A DNA stretch of 64,000 nucleotides from Myxococcota bacterium (GCA_965223415.1 OZ245002.1:3552001-3616000), one strand, 5' to 3'. Shown: positions 48,983 to 59,247, numbered from the stretch's first letter. Translations and numbers: made by a program. Notes: generated by a model not told the origin, from the letters alone.

Positions 48983-50851
48983 ATGATGAAGCGGTTCCCG
49001 CGCCCTCGGTGGCTTCCCCTTCTGGCGTCGCTGGTGCTGGTTCCGGTGGCGTCCTTCGCCGGAGACACCGGCGGCCGGGAGTGGACGCACACCGAGGGCG
49101 CACCGGGGGGTGGGCGCTACTCGCCCCTGGCGGAGATTCACGCCGGCAACGTGGCCCGCCTCGTGCCGGTCTGGAGCTACCGCGACGGCGACGTGAAGGA
49201 AGCGCGGCTCCGCCCGGACCGGGTGAACCGCAGTAGCGCCTTCGAGGGCACGCCGATCGTCGTGGGCGGAAGACTCTTCGTGAGCACGCCCTTCGATCGC
49301 GTCATCGCCCTCGACGTGGAGACCGGCGCCGAGCTGTGGACCCACGACCCGGCCATCGACCGGGAGCGTTTCTTCGCCAACATGCTGATCAGTCGCGGCG
49401 TCGCCTACTGGAACGGGCAGGAGCAGGGGCCCTGAGCCGAGCGGATCTTCCTCGGCACCCTGGATGCCCGGCTGATCGCGCTCGACGCCGCGATGGGCAA
49501 GCCGTGCGGGGGATTCGGGGCCGACGGAGAGGTCGATCTCCTCGCCGGCCTGGAGCCCGTGGCGGACAGCCACGAGTTCAACGTCACGTCGCCGCCGACC
49601 GTCGTCGGGGACCTGGTCGTCGTCGGCTCCTCCATCGCCGACATCGTGCGCCGGGTCCAGCCGCCCGGCGACGTCCGAGCCTACGACGCGCGCAGTGGCG
49701 CCCTGCGCTGGACCTTCCACACGATCCCGCGGCCCGGCGAGGCGGGGCACGAGACCTGGGAGGAAGGCAGCTGGCGGGAGTCCGGCGGCGCGAACGTGTG
49801 GTCGACGATCACCGCCGATCTGGAGCGGGGGCTCGTGTTCCTGCCCGTGAGCACCGCGAGCCCGGACTTCTTCGGGGGCGATCGGCCCGGTGCCAACCTG
49901 TTCTCGGACGCCCTCGTCGCCCTGGACGCCGCGACCGGCCAGCGCCGCTGGCACTTCTAGACCGTCCACCACGACATCTGGGACTCCGACCTCCCGGCTC
50001 CGCCCATCCTGGTCGACCTGCCCCGCGAGGGAGCGCTCGTGCCCGCCGTGGTGCAGCTGACCAAGACCGGCTTCGCCTTCGTGCTCCACCGGGAGACCGG
50101 CGTGCCGGTCTTCCCGGTGGAAGAGGGCCTGGTGCCCGCCTCCGACGTGCCGGGGGAGCGTGCATGGCCCACCCAGCCGCCGCCGAGCCTCGGCGGGACG
50201 ATCGTCCATCCGAGCAACGGCGGCGGGGCGAACTGGTCCGGAGGCGGTTTCGATCCCGGGCGGCGGCGGCTGGTCGTTCCGGTCAACAACATCGCCAACG
50301 TCGTCAAGCTGCGGCCCGTGCTCGGGGCCGGTTCGAACCTGCGGGACCAGGACGACCAGCCGATGCGCGGCTACCTGCGCGCGCTCTGGTTCCTGGCGAC
50401 CGGGCGCGGCACGGGCCTGCGCTACATCACCCATCCGCTCACCGGCCGGGTCGCCTTCAGGCGGGAGGGCGTACCCTGCAACCGCCCGCCCTGGGATGAG
50501 CTGGTGGCCGTCGACCTCGATGCCGGCACGATCGCCTGGCGGGCACCCAACGGAATCGGCGGGCCCGAGACCGGCCTCTTCGCCTACGGGCCCCTGCTCG
50601 TGACCGGCGGTGGGCTCGTCATTCACGGGGCCACCCGGGAGCCGGTGCTGCGCGTGCGGGACCTCGGGAGCGGAGAGCTCGTCGCGCACTTCGAGCTGCC
50701 CGCCGGGCTCCACGCCGGCCCGATCAGCGTGCGGCGGCCCTCCGACGGCCGTCAGCTGCTGATCCTCGCGCCGGGAGGACACGTCGGTGTCGGCTCGCCC
50801 ATGGGCGACTGGATCCAGGCCTGGGCGCTGCCCCCGGACGCCGGATCCTGA
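48983..50851 (+). pseudogene. PQQ-dependent glucose/quinate-type dehydrogenase with two in-frame stops and an internal deletion
   Basis: One reading frame with TGA at 49433-49435 (GP*AERIFLGTLDARLIALD) and TAG at 49958-49960 (WHF*TVHHDIWD). The segment between PTQP and PSLGGT is missing. Confidence 0.88.
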
Positions 50852-50903
50852 ACGCGGAATTCGTTTTCGCCCACTCCGCCGCCGCCTCGTTACCCTGCCC
50901 GGG

Positions 50904-51899
50904 ATGGGAGCGGATCGCCGGCAGCGACTCCGGGCGGGCTGGGCCTCGGCCGCCGTCGGCACCCTGGTGTTCGGGGGCAAGCTGCTCGCCTGGGCCGTGA
51001 CCGGCTCCACTGCGGTCTTCGCGGACGCGATGGAGTCGGTCGTCAACCTCGTGGCGGCGGCGCTCCTGCTGGTGAGCCTCTACATCGCGGCGCGCCCGGC
51101 CGACGAGGGGCATCCCTACGGCCATGGGAAGGTCGAGTACTTCTCCGCCGGCATCGAGGGCACGCTGATCGCGGTGGCGGCGGTGCTGATCGGCGTCGAG
51201 GCCGCCCGCGCCCTCGTCACCGGCGCCGCGCCCCAGCGTCTCGACCTGGGCCTCGGCCTGGTGGCGGCGGCCAGCGTGGGCAACGCACTGCTCGGCATCT
51301 ACCTGCTCCGGGTCGGCCGCCGCACCCGCTCGGCGGCGCTGGTCGCCGACGGCAAGCACATCCTCGCCGACGTCTGGACCAGCGCCGGCGTCCTCATCGG
51401 CATGGCCGCCGTGTGGGCCACCGGCTGGGCGCGCCTCGATCCGTTGGTGGCCCTGGCGGTGGCGGCCCACGTGCTGCGGGAGGGCTGGGTCCTCGCCAAG
51501 GACGCCGCCGCCGGCCTGATGGACGCGGCGGACGAGGACCTCCTCGACCGACTCACCGCCCGTCTGGCCGCGAGCCGCCAGCCGGGCTGGATCGACGTGC
51601 ACGGGCTGCGGGCGTGGCGTTCCGGCGCCGACGTCCACGCGGACCTCCACCTGGTGGTGCCGCGCTTCTACGACGCGGAGCGGCTTCACGGCATGCACGA
51701 TGCCGTCGAGGAGGCCCTCGCGAGCGACGTGGAGTCCGGCGACGTGGTGGTCCACTTCGATCCTTGCAGTCCGCCCTACTGCAAGGGCTGCGTCGTTCCG
51801 GACTGCCCCGTCCGCAGCTCCTCCTTCGAGAGCCGCCTTCCCCTCGACCGGGTCCGCGCCGTTCGCGACGACGCCGCGGCCGAGCCCTCCGGAGCGTAG
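50904..51899 (+). CDS. Cation diffusion facilitator (CDF) transporter
   Basis: FADAMESVVN, PADEGHPYGHGKVEY, ADGKHILADVWTS and Cys-rich tail DPCSPPYCKGCVVPDCP. Confidence 0.92.
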   Translation: MGADRRQRLRAGWASAAVGTLVFGGKLLAWAVTGSTAVFADAMESVVNLVAAALLLVSLYIAARPADEGHPYGHGKVEYFSAGIEGTLIAVAAVLIGVEAARALVTGAAPQRLDLGLGLVAAASVGNALLGIYLLRVGRRTRSAALVADGKHILADVWTSAGVLIGMAAVWATGWARLDPLVALAVAAHVLREGWVLAKDAAAGLMDAADEDLLDRLTARLAASRQPGWIDVHGLRAWRSGADVHADLHLVVPRFYDAERLHGMHDAVEEALASDVESGDVVVHFDPCSPPYCKGCVVPDCPVRSSSFESRLPLDRVRAVRDDAAAEPSGA

Positions 51900-53360
51900 T
51901 CAGTCGACGACGGGGCGCATCGCTCCGGAGCGGAGCCGTTCCAGGTAGTCGTCGAGCGCTGCGCGCACCTTCCCGGAGAGCATGACCACGCCGATGATGT
52001 TCGGGAAGGCCATGCCCAGGATCATCAGGTCGCCGAAGTCCAGTACCGCCCGGGCCTGGAAGATCGCGCCGAGCCAGGCGAAGGCGAGGAAGATCCCCTT
52101 GTAGAGCAGGATGGAGCGCAGGCCGAAGAGCTGCACCCAGCACTGCTCGCCGTAGTAGCTCCAGGAGATCATGGTGCTGAAGGCGAAGAGCACGGCGGTG
52201 ACGGAGAGCACGACCTTGAACCAGGGGAAGACGCTCTCGAAGGCCCAGCTCGTCATGGTGATGCCGGAGACGCCCTCCTGCTGGTGAGCGCCGGTCACGA
52301 CGATCACCAGGCCGGTCATGGTGCAGACGACGATCGTGTCGATGAAGGGCTCGAGCAGCGCCACCACGCCTTCGCGAATCGGCTCGTCGGTGGCGGCGGC
52401 GGAGTGGGCGATCGAGGCGCTGCCGGTGCCCGCCTCGTTGGAGAAGGCGGCGCGCCGGAAGCCCTGGATCATGGCGCCGACCAGGCCGCCGGCGGCGGCG
52501 GTGGGCGCGAAGGCCTCGCCCACGATCGTCGCCAGGCCGGTCCCGAGCTGGTCCACATGGAAGAGCAGGATCACGATGCCCGTCACCACGTAGACGCTGC
52601 ACATGATCGGAACCAAGAAGCCCGCGACCTCGCCGATGCGCCGGATGCCGCCGACGATCACGAGGCCGACCAGGAAGGCGAGCACGCCCCCGAACAGGAT
52701 CGCGCCGCCAGTGTTGTTGAAGGCCGGCAGCACGCTCGCGAACTGGGCGAAGCTCTGGTTCGACTGGAACATGTTGCCGCCGCCGAAGCTCCCGCCGATG
52801 CACATCACGGCGAACACCACCGCCAGCACCTTGCCCAGGCCCGGCTGGCCGAGCTCGGCGAGGCCGTCCCGCAGGTAGTGCATCGCGCCGCCGGAGACGT
52901 GGCCGTCGACCCGGATGGTCTTGTACATCTGGCCCAGGGTGCACTCGGCGAACTTCGAGCTCATGCCGAGGATTCCGGCGAGCACCATCCAGAAGACGGC
53001 GCCGGGGCCGCCGATGCCCACGGCCACCGCCACCCCGGCGATGTTGCCGAGGCCCACCGTCGCCGAGAGCGCGGCGGAGAGCGCCTGGAAGTGGCTGATC
53101 TCGCCGGTCTCGCCGGGGCGGGTGTATCGCCCGCGCACGCAGTCCAACGCGTGGCGGAAGGCGCGCACGTTCACGAACTGGAAGCGCAAGGTGAAGAAGA
53201 TCGCGCCCAGCATCAGCCACACGACCACGATCGGCAGCGCGATCGCGTCGTCCCAGAAGGCCAGGTCGAAGAACAGCACCGCCGAGATCGGATCGACGAC
53301 GCCGTTCTGGAAGATCGCCTCGAGGCCGGCGAGGAATCCGCCGTTCTGCTCCATGGTCAC
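51900..53360 (-). CDS. Alanine/glycine:cation symporter (AGCS family)
   Basis: LSATVGLGNIAGVA, GGPGAVFWM, RAAFSNEAGTGS and EPFIDTIVVCTMT. Confidence 0.94.
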   Translation of the reverse strand: MTMEQNGGFLAGLEAIFQNGVVDPISAVLFFDLAFWDDAIALPIVVVWLMLGAIFFTLRFQFVNVRAFRHALDCVRGRYTRPGETGEISHFQALSAALSATVGLGNIAGVAVAVGIGGPGAVFWMVLAGILGMSSKFAECTLGQMYKTIRVDGHVSGGAMHYLRDGLAELGQPGLGKVLAVVFAVMCIGGSFGGGNMFQSNQSFAQFASVLPAFNNTGGAILFGGVLAFLVGLVIVGGIRRIGEVAGFLVPIMCSVYVVTGIVILLFHVDQLGTGLATIVGEAFAPTAAAGGLVGAMIQGFRRAAFSNEAGTGSASIAHSAAATDEPIREGVVALLEPFIDTIVVCTMTGLVIVVTGAHQQEGVSGITMTSWAFESVFPWFKVVLSVTAVLFAFSTMISWSYYGEQCWVQLFGLRSILLYKGIFLAFAWLGAIFQARAVLDFGDLMILGMAFPNIIGVVMLSGKVRAALDDYLERLRSGAMRPVVD

Positions 53361-53434
53361 GTCGCTCCCACGTTCTCGGGGCCCGAGGGGGAGCGGGCCG
53401 TGCTGCCGGGACTCCCCTAGGATAGGCGGTCCTC

Positions 53435-55594
53435 ATGCCTGGAACGACCCTCTCCGAGCACGCGTCGAAGGCCCTCCTGGCCGAGTTCGGTGTTCCCGTC
53501 TGCCGTGAGACCACCGCCGCCGATCCCGCCGCCGCTGCCGCGGCCGCCGAGGAGATCGGCTTCCCGGTGGCGCTCAAGCTGTGCGGCGGCGCCATCGCCC
53601 ACAAGACCGAGCGCGATCTCGTGCGCCTGGGCCTCGCCGGCGCCTCCGCCGTGGGCACCGCGGCCGCCGAGCTGCTCGCGAAGGCCACGCCCGAGGACGG
53701 CTCGGTGGAGCTCCTCGTGGCCGAGATGGTCGCAGGACGCCGCGAGCTGATCACCGGGCTGGTGCGGGATCCCCAGTTTGGTCCGTGCATCGTGCTGGGC
53801 CTGGGCGGCATCCTCACCGAGGCCCTGGGCGACGTGGCCTTCGCGGCGGCGCCGCTCGACCGGGCGGAGGCCCGGCGCCTGATCGGACGGCTCGAGGCCT
53901 CGCACCTGGTCACGGAGCCCTTCCGGGGCGAGCCGGCGACGGATCTGGACGCCCTGGCGGACGTGCTCGTCGGGCTGTCGCGGCTCGCCGAGGCGCGGCC
54001 GGACGTGGCCAGCGTCGACGTCAATCCGCTGATCCTCCGCGGCGGTCGCCCGGTCGCCGTCGACGGGTTGGTCGAGCTCGGCGCGCCGGACGCGGCTCCG
54101 GCACCGCCTCGCGCCGCCAGGAGCGACGAGGAGCTGCTCGCACGCTACCGGCCCCTCTTCGAGCCCCGCGGCATCGTGATCGCCGGCGTCTCCTCGCACC
54201 CGGGGAAGTTCGGCTTCGTCACCTATCACAACCTGCTGCGCTTCGGGTATCGGGGGAAGCTCTTCCCCGTCACCCGGGACGGCGGCGAGATCCTCGGCCG
54301 CCCGACCCTCGCGGACGTCTCCCAGGTGCCCGAGGGCGAGGCTGACCTGGTCTTCGTCTGCACGCCCTACCAGGCGAACCTCGAGCTGCTACGCGCCTGC
54401 GCCGGGCGCGGCATCCGCGCCGCCTTCATCGCCAGCGGCGGCTACGGCGAGGCCGGCGACGAGGGACGCGAGCGCGAGCGGGAGCTCGTCGCGCTGGCCA
54501 ACGAGCTCGGCATGGTGGTGGCGGGACCGAACGGGCAGGGTGTCATCTCAACCGGCCCCTCCATGTGCGCCCAGATCGTGGCTCCGTATCCGCCGCCGGG
54601 CCGCATCGCCGTGGCCAGCCAGAGCGGCAACCTGGTCTCGAGCTTCCTGAACTACGCGGTGCTCACCGGCGTGGGGATCTCGAAGGCCGTCTCCGCGGGC
54701 AACTCGGCCCAGACGAGCCTGCCGGACTACCTCGAATACTTCGCGGCGGATCCGGAGACCGCCGTCGCGCTCACGTATCTGGAGGGCGTGCCCGACGGCC
54801 GGCGCTTCGCGGAAGCGGCGCGACGGGTCACCGAGCGCAAGCCCCTCGTCCTGGTGAAGGGCGGCGTGGCCGCCGAGGGCAAGCGGGCGGCGGCGAGCCA
54901 CACGGGCTCCCTCGCCAGCGACGACCGCATCTTCGCCGGCGTGGCCCGGCAGGTCGGCGCGATCCGGGCGCCCAGCGTCGAGCACGCCTTCGAGTGGGCG
55001 GCGACCTTCGCCACTCAGCCGCTGCCCCGGGGCCGGCGCACGATCGTCTTCACCACCGCCGGCGGGTGGGGCGTGCTGGCGGCCGACGCCTGCGCCGCCG
55101 CCGGTCTCGAGCTGATGGCCCTGCCCGAAGACCTGCGCGCGAAGATCGATTCGATGGTCCCGCCGCGCTGGAGCCGGAACAACCCGATCGACCTGGCCGG
55201 TGGCGAGACCCGGGACACCATTCCCGAGGTGCTCGACCTGATCTGCGCTCACCCGGAGGTGGACGCCGTCGTCCACCTGGGCCTGGGCATCCAAGCCGCC
55301 CAGGCCGAGGTGTTCCGCTCCGGCGAGTTCCAGTCGGACGAGGGGATCGCGCGCATCGCCGAGTTCCACGCCCGGCAGGATCGCCGCTACGCCCAGGCCG
55401 CCCGCGAGGCCTCCGAGCGCCACGCCAAGCCGGTGCTCAGCGCCACCGAGCTCGCCTACGCGGACCGCTTCTACGGCAACAGCGGGCCGGTGGGCGTTCG
55501 CGAGGAAGGGCGGGTCTGCTATCCGAGTGCCCACCGGGCGGTCGCCGCGCTGCGGGCGCTGGTGGACTACTCCGAGTTCCGCGGCGAGGGCTAA
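53435..55594 (+). CDS. ADP-forming acetate/acyl-CoA ligase with an N-terminal ATP-grasp domain (beta-alpha order)
   Basis: IGFPVALK..IAHKTE, RDPQFGP, then CoA-binding FEPRGIVIAGVS, GPNGQG, SQSGN, AAASHTGSLA (phospho-His loop) and NNPIDL. Confidence 0.9.
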   Translation: MPGTTLSEHASKALLAEFGVPVCRETTAADPAAAAAAAEEIGFPVALKLCGGAIAHKTERDLVRLGLAGASAVGTAAAELLAKATPEDGSVELLVAEMVAGRRELITGLVRDPQFGPCIVLGLGGILTEALGDVAFAAAPLDRAEARRLIGRLEASHLVTEPFRGEPATDLDALADVLVGLSRLAEARPDVASVDVNPLILRGGRPVAVDGLVELGAPDAAPAPPRAARSDEELLARYRPLFEPRGIVIAGVSSHPGKFGFVTYHNLLRFGYRGKLFPVTRDGGEILGRPTLADVSQVPEGEADLVFVCTPYQANLELLRACAGRGIRAAFIASGGYGEAGDEGRERERELVALANELGMVVAGPNGQGVISTGPSMCAQIVAPYPPPGRIAVASQSGNLVSSFLNYAVLTGVGISKAVSAGNSAQTSLPDYLEYFAADPETAVALTYLEGVPDGRRFAEAARRVTERKPLVLVKGGVAAEGKRAAASHTGSLASDDRIFAGVARQVGAIRAPSVEHAFEWAATFATQPLPRGRRTIVFTTAGGWGVLAADACAAAGLELMALPEDLRAKIDSMVPPRWSRNNPIDLAGGETRDTIPEVLDLICAHPEVDAVVHLGLGIQAAQAEVFRSGEFQSDEGIARIAEFHARQDRRYAQAAREASERHAKPVLSATELAYADRFYGNSGPVGVREEGRVCYPSAHRAVAALRALVDYSEFRGEG

Positions 55595-55803
55595 GCCTTG
55601 ATCCGACATTCGTCTCCGAGTGAGGTGGCCGCGGGGCGGCGCCCGGAGGTGCAAGGCGCGGCCCCCTGCGTTCCGCAAGGTGGCCCGCTCCCTCGTGGAT
55701 GATGCGCAGAGCGGCGGCCCCCGTTCCTGGCCGCGCCGACCGCAGGACGCCGCCCCGCGGTCACCTCACGGCGTCTCGAGGGGCCGCACTGGCGGATCAG
55801 GGC
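55595..55803. ncRNA. Candidate structured RNA or MITE-like element forming a 209-nt rod
   Basis: Nested pairings: 55595-55608 with 55790-55803, 55620-55644 with 55745-55769, and 55655-55663 with 55729-55737. Confidence 0.5.
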
Positions 55804-55929
55804 CAGCGCCCGTCCCAGGGACGGCCAGCGCGCCCCGGCGCCCGGCCGCGAAGCAGCCCACCCTCCTCCTCGGCCGTGCCGCCGGCGAGCTATCCTCCCA
55901 GCGCTCCCTGTCGACTCCGGAGGACCGCC

Positions 55930-56877
55930 GTGAAGCGCATGATCCACCACTCGGAGCTGGCTCGCGACAGCCGCTTCGTCCGCCAGGACAACGCCCTCTC
56001 CACCGTGATGGCCGAGCTGCCCGACGAGGTCGACGTCGTCGTCGACATGTTGGAGAAGTTCTCGCCCATGATCGAGGAGTCGGTCCGGGGCACTGCCGCC
56101 GAGCCGCTCTTCGAGGCCTACGGGCCGGCCTTCAGCCTGGTCACGCTGAACGAGCCGATCCGCCCCGAGAACGAGGCGCTGATGACCCGCCTGCGCCTGC
56201 GCATGCACGGCATCTTCGTGGGTGAGCTGCAGGCCCTGGAGGGTGCCGGCCGCTCGCTCTGGGACTTCCCGGACGCGCCCTGGGAGTTCAAGATGAACAT
56301 GGCGCGGCAGTGCTGGGACGAGGCGCGCCACGTGCAAATCTACGAGAAGCTCCTCGAGCACGTGGGCGGAGAGGTGGGCGAGTTCCCGGAAAGCACCTTC
56401 CTGTTCGAGTGCGCCTGCAGCGACGATCCGGCCATGCGGGTAGCCGGCGTGAACCGCGGCCTCGAGGGTCTGGCCTGTGACGTGTTCCGGGATCTGATCC
56501 GCTTCGCGGAGCAGACCGGCGACGAGACCATGCGCCAAGCGGTGGACTTCGTGCTGGCCGACGAGCTCACCCACGTGCGCTTCGGAAGTGAATGGGTGAA
56601 GGAGTTCACCAGGGACGATCCGGAGCACCTGAAGAAGACCCAGGACTTCCGCCGGGAGGTCGACAAGCAGTTCAGCTTCGGCGGCGCCCGCTCGGACCGC
56701 GAGGACGCGGCGATCCCGATCGCCTGGGAGGACCGGCGCGAGGCGGGCTTCACCGAGGAGGAGCTCGAGGAGCTGACGACGATCTCCGCCGCCGGCCCCT
56801 CTCGCGAGACGATGATGGAGGCCGCGCGCATCCTTCAGGAGCGCTGGCACGCCAAGCGCGAGGAGGCGGCCCGGTGA
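55930..56877 (+). CDS. Ferritin-like diiron protein (DUF455-like)
   Basis: Complete ligand pattern: GELQALE, WDEARH, LEGLACD and ADELTH. Confidence 0.8.
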   Translation: MKRMIHHSELARDSRFVRQDNALSTVMAELPDEVDVVVDMLEKFSPMIEESVRGTAAEPLFEAYGPAFSLVTLNEPIRPENEALMTRLRLRMHGIFVGELQALEGAGRSLWDFPDAPWEFKMNMARQCWDEARHVQIYEKLLEHVGGEVGEFPESTFLFECACSDDPAMRVAGVNRGLEGLACDVFRDLIRFAEQTGDETMRQAVDFVLADELTHVRFGSEWVKEFTRDDPEHLKKTQDFRREVDKQFSFGGARSDREDAAIPIAWEDRREAGFTEEELEELTTISAAGPSRETMMEAARILQERWHAKREEAAR

Positions 56878-57539
56878 GCGAGCCGCGTCTCTACCCCGGC
56901 AACAGCCGCGAAGAGGCCACCGAGTTCGCACCCTACTCGGCCTTCGACATCCCCGCCGACCTGCGCGAGCTCCATGGCCGCTGGGACGTGGATGCCACCG
57001 CCCAACGCATCCGCAACTACCGCTATGCGGAGGAGTGGATGATGATGATCATGGGCGGCTGGATGGCGACCATCCCCGAGGTTCCGGTGAAGACCGGACT
57101 CGGCAAGATCGTCTGGGAGGCGGCCCTGGCCGCCGACGCCCTGGGCGATCGGCTGCCCGAGCTGCGCGGTGGTCGCCGCGCCAAGAGCGCGTCCCCGAGC
57201 GCCAACCCGGGCTTCGCCGACTTCGTGCAGGCCGTCGCCGAGCCCGAGCGCCCGGACCTCACCATCGAGAAGCTCGCCGGCATTTTCGACGTGCTGAAGC
57301 CGCACCTGGTGCAGGTCTACGAGCTGAACGTACGCGAGACCGACCAGATCTCCGACGCGCCGACCATCGAGATCCTGGAGGACATCCTCCGCCGCACCCG
57401 CAAGCACCTGGCCTGGGGCGACGAGGTCCTGGCTCGCCTGTGCGACACCGACGCCAAACGCGAACGCCGTCGCACCCGCGTCGCCACCCTCACCGAGCAG
57501 CTCGAGAAGTGCGGAGGCGTCACCGGCGCCCTGCCCTGA
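56874..57539 (+). CDS. Ferritin-like helical protein with degenerate metal ligands, translationally coupled to the diiron gene
   Basis: RIRNYRYAEEWMMMIMGGWMATIPEVPVKTGLGKIVWEAALAADALGDRLPEL. GTGA start/stop overlap. Confidence 0.65.
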   Translation: MSEPRLYPGNSREEATEFAPYSAFDIPADLRELHGRWDVDATAQRIRNYRYAEEWMMMIMGGWMATIPEVPVKTGLGKIVWEAALAADALGDRLPELRGGRRAKSASPSANPGFADFVQAVAEPERPDLTIEKLAGIFDVLKPHLVQVYELNVRETDQISDAPTIEILEDILRRTRKHLAWGDEVLARLCDTDAKRERRRTRVATLTEQLEKCGGVTGALP

Positions 57540-57576
57540 GGTGAGACAAAGGGACGTTCCTTTCTGTCTCACCTCA
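57537..57576. terminator. Hairpin spanning both stop codons of convergent genes
   Basis: TGAGGTGAGACA-AAGGGACGTTCCTTTC-TGTCTCACCTCA. Confidence 0.7.
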
Positions 57577-59226
57577 CCTCGTGAGCCAGGCGAACTTCTG
57601 GGGCTTGCGTTGGGCGCGGGGGTCGATCATGACGTTGACGACCGCCGGGCCGGGGGTGGCGTAGGCGTCCTTCAGGGCGGGCCCGAGCTCGCTCTCGCGG
57701 GTGACGAACCAGCCCTTGCCGCCGAAGGCCTCGATGATCTGCTCGTAGTGGGCGCGGGGCGTATAGGCGAAGGGCGGGACGTTGTCCGGGTCGATCTCGT
57801 CCACGCCGAAGCCGATGCCGTTGTTGTTCACGATCACGAAGGTGATGTCCATCCGGTAGCGGCAGGCGGTCTCCACCTCCATGCCACTGAAGCCGAACGC
57901 GCTGTCGCCCTCGACGGCGATCACCTTGCGGTCCGGGTGCACGCAGGCGGCCGCGAGGGCGAAGCCCAGGCCCAGGCCCATCGTGCCGAAGGTGCCAGCG
58001 TCGAGGCGCTCCCGGGCTGCGTAGTTCCGGAGCACGCTCCGGCCGATGTCCATGGTGTTCGAGCCCTCGTTCACCAGGATGGCATTGCGGGGAGCCTGGT
58101 CGCGGATCTCGGCGAGTACCCGGTAGTATCCCATCGGCTCGCTCGTGTCCTTCTCCATGGCGACGACCTGCTCGCGGTTCTTTTCCACCGCCTCGGCCAG
58201 CCCGACCCGCCAGGCCGTCTCCGAGGGATAGGACCAGGGCTTCGCGTCGAGGGCCGCGTTCAGCTGGCCGACGATGGCCTTGGCGTCGCCCACCAGCGCG
58301 ACCTCCGGCGTCACGTTGGTACCGATCTCTTCGGGAGAGATGTCGAGCTGCAGAATCTTCACGTCCGGCGCGAAGCGCGGCGGCTTGCCGAAGTGCAGGA
58401 TCCAGTTGAGCCGTGCGCCGAGCAGCAGGATGGCGTCGGCGTTCTGGAGGGCGTAGGAGCGGCCGGGCGCGATGGAGAGCTCGTGCTCGTCGGTCACGAC
58501 GCCCTTGCCCATGGGCGTGGGCAGGAACGGCAGGCGGGTCGCCTCGATGAAGCGCTGCACCTCGTCCTCGGCGCGGGCGTAGGCCGCGCCCTTGCCGATG
58601 ATCACCAGCGGCCGCTCGGCCTCCGACAGCACCCGGAGCGCGCGCCGGATCTCATCCTCTCCGGCCGCGGGCCGCGGGGGCTCGGGGCAGCGCGGCAGGA
58701 TCGGCGCCTCCTCCTCCTCGATCTCGCCCACGATCAGGTCGTTCGGCAGGTCGAGGTACACGGCGCCGGGCTTGCCGTAGATGCTCGTCCGCACCGCCTG
58801 CTCGACGTAGTACGGGACGCGCGCGAGGCTCTCCGGCCGGCGCGCGAGCTTGGCGTAGGAGCGCACCGTCTCGATGTGGGGCGCCTCCTGGAACGATCCC
58901 ATGCCGTCCTGGAAGGCGTCCGGCGCGCCGCCGATCAGGATCATCGGCCAGGCGTTCGACCAGGCATTCGCCATGCCCGAGAGCCCGTGGACCACGCCCG
59001 GCCCGCAGACCACGAGACAGGCGCCGGGGCGGCCCGTCAGGTAGCCCACGGCCCCGGCGGCGTAGCTCGCCGCCTGCTCGTTGCGGCAGCCGATGTAGCG
59101 GATGCCTTCTCGCTGGGCGGCGGCGGCGATCGGGATGACCGGGAAGCCCACCACACCGAACATGAACTCGACTCCCTGGGCCTCGAGGCTGCGGGCGGCC
59201 AGGGTCGCGCCGTCGATCGTTGCCAT
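57574..59226 (-). CDS. TPP-dependent 2-hydroxyacyl-CoA lyase/oxalyl-CoA decarboxylase family enzyme (HACL-like)
   Basis: FGVVGFPV, RNEQAASYAA, RLDAGTFGTMG, VEGDSAFGFSGME..NNNG and the HACL1-like C-terminus RKPQKFAWLTR. Confidence 0.9.
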   Translation of the reverse strand: MATIDGATLAARSLEAQGVEFMFGVVGFPVIPIAAAAQREGIRYIGCRNEQAASYAAGAVGYLTGRPGACLVVCGPGVVHGLSGMANAWSNAWPMILIGGAPDAFQDGMGSFQEAPHIETVRSYAKLARRPESLARVPYYVEQAVRTSIYGKPGAVYLDLPNDLIVGEIEEEEAPILPRCPEPPRPAAGEDEIRRALRVLSEAERPLVIIGKGAAYARAEDEVQRFIEATRLPFLPTPMGKGVVTDEHELSIAPGRSYALQNADAILLLGARLNWILHFGKPPRFAPDVKILQLDISPEEIGTNVTPEVALVGDAKAIVGQLNAALDAKPWSYPSETAWRVGLAEAVEKNREQVVAMEKDTSEPMGYYRVLAEIRDQAPRNAILVNEGSNTMDIGRSVLRNYAARERLDAGTFGTMGLGLGFALAAACVHPDRKVIAVEGDSAFGFSGMEVETACRYRMDITFVIVNNNGIGFGVDEIDPDNVPPFAYTPRAHYEQIIEAFGGKGWFVTRESELGPALKDAYATPGPAVVNVMIDPRAQRKPQKFAWLTR

Positions 59227-59247
59227 TCTCGTGTCTCCTCGTCCGGG

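Noticed and set aside
49433..49460. Possible selenocysteine codon: TGA at a Cys position with a downstream hairpin
   Set aside because: The same gene has a TAG stop and a deletion. The hairpin lacks the G-containing apical loop at the usual SECIS distance.
49958..49960. TAG-to-Gln genetic code reassignment
   Set aside because: Many intact genes in the window end in TAG at their expected C-termini (for example ettA, P450 and hisS).
53435..55594. Reversed domain order of the acyl-CoA ligase as a novelty
   Set aside because: Beta-alpha fusions are already known in the NDP-forming acyl-CoA synthetase superfamily.
55595..55870. SRP RNA, RNase P RNA or tmRNA identity for the structured intergenic region
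   Set aside because: I could not find their hallmark motifs (SRP CAGG..GGAAGGAAGCAG, RNase P GAGGAAAGTCC, tmRNA tRNA-like ends).
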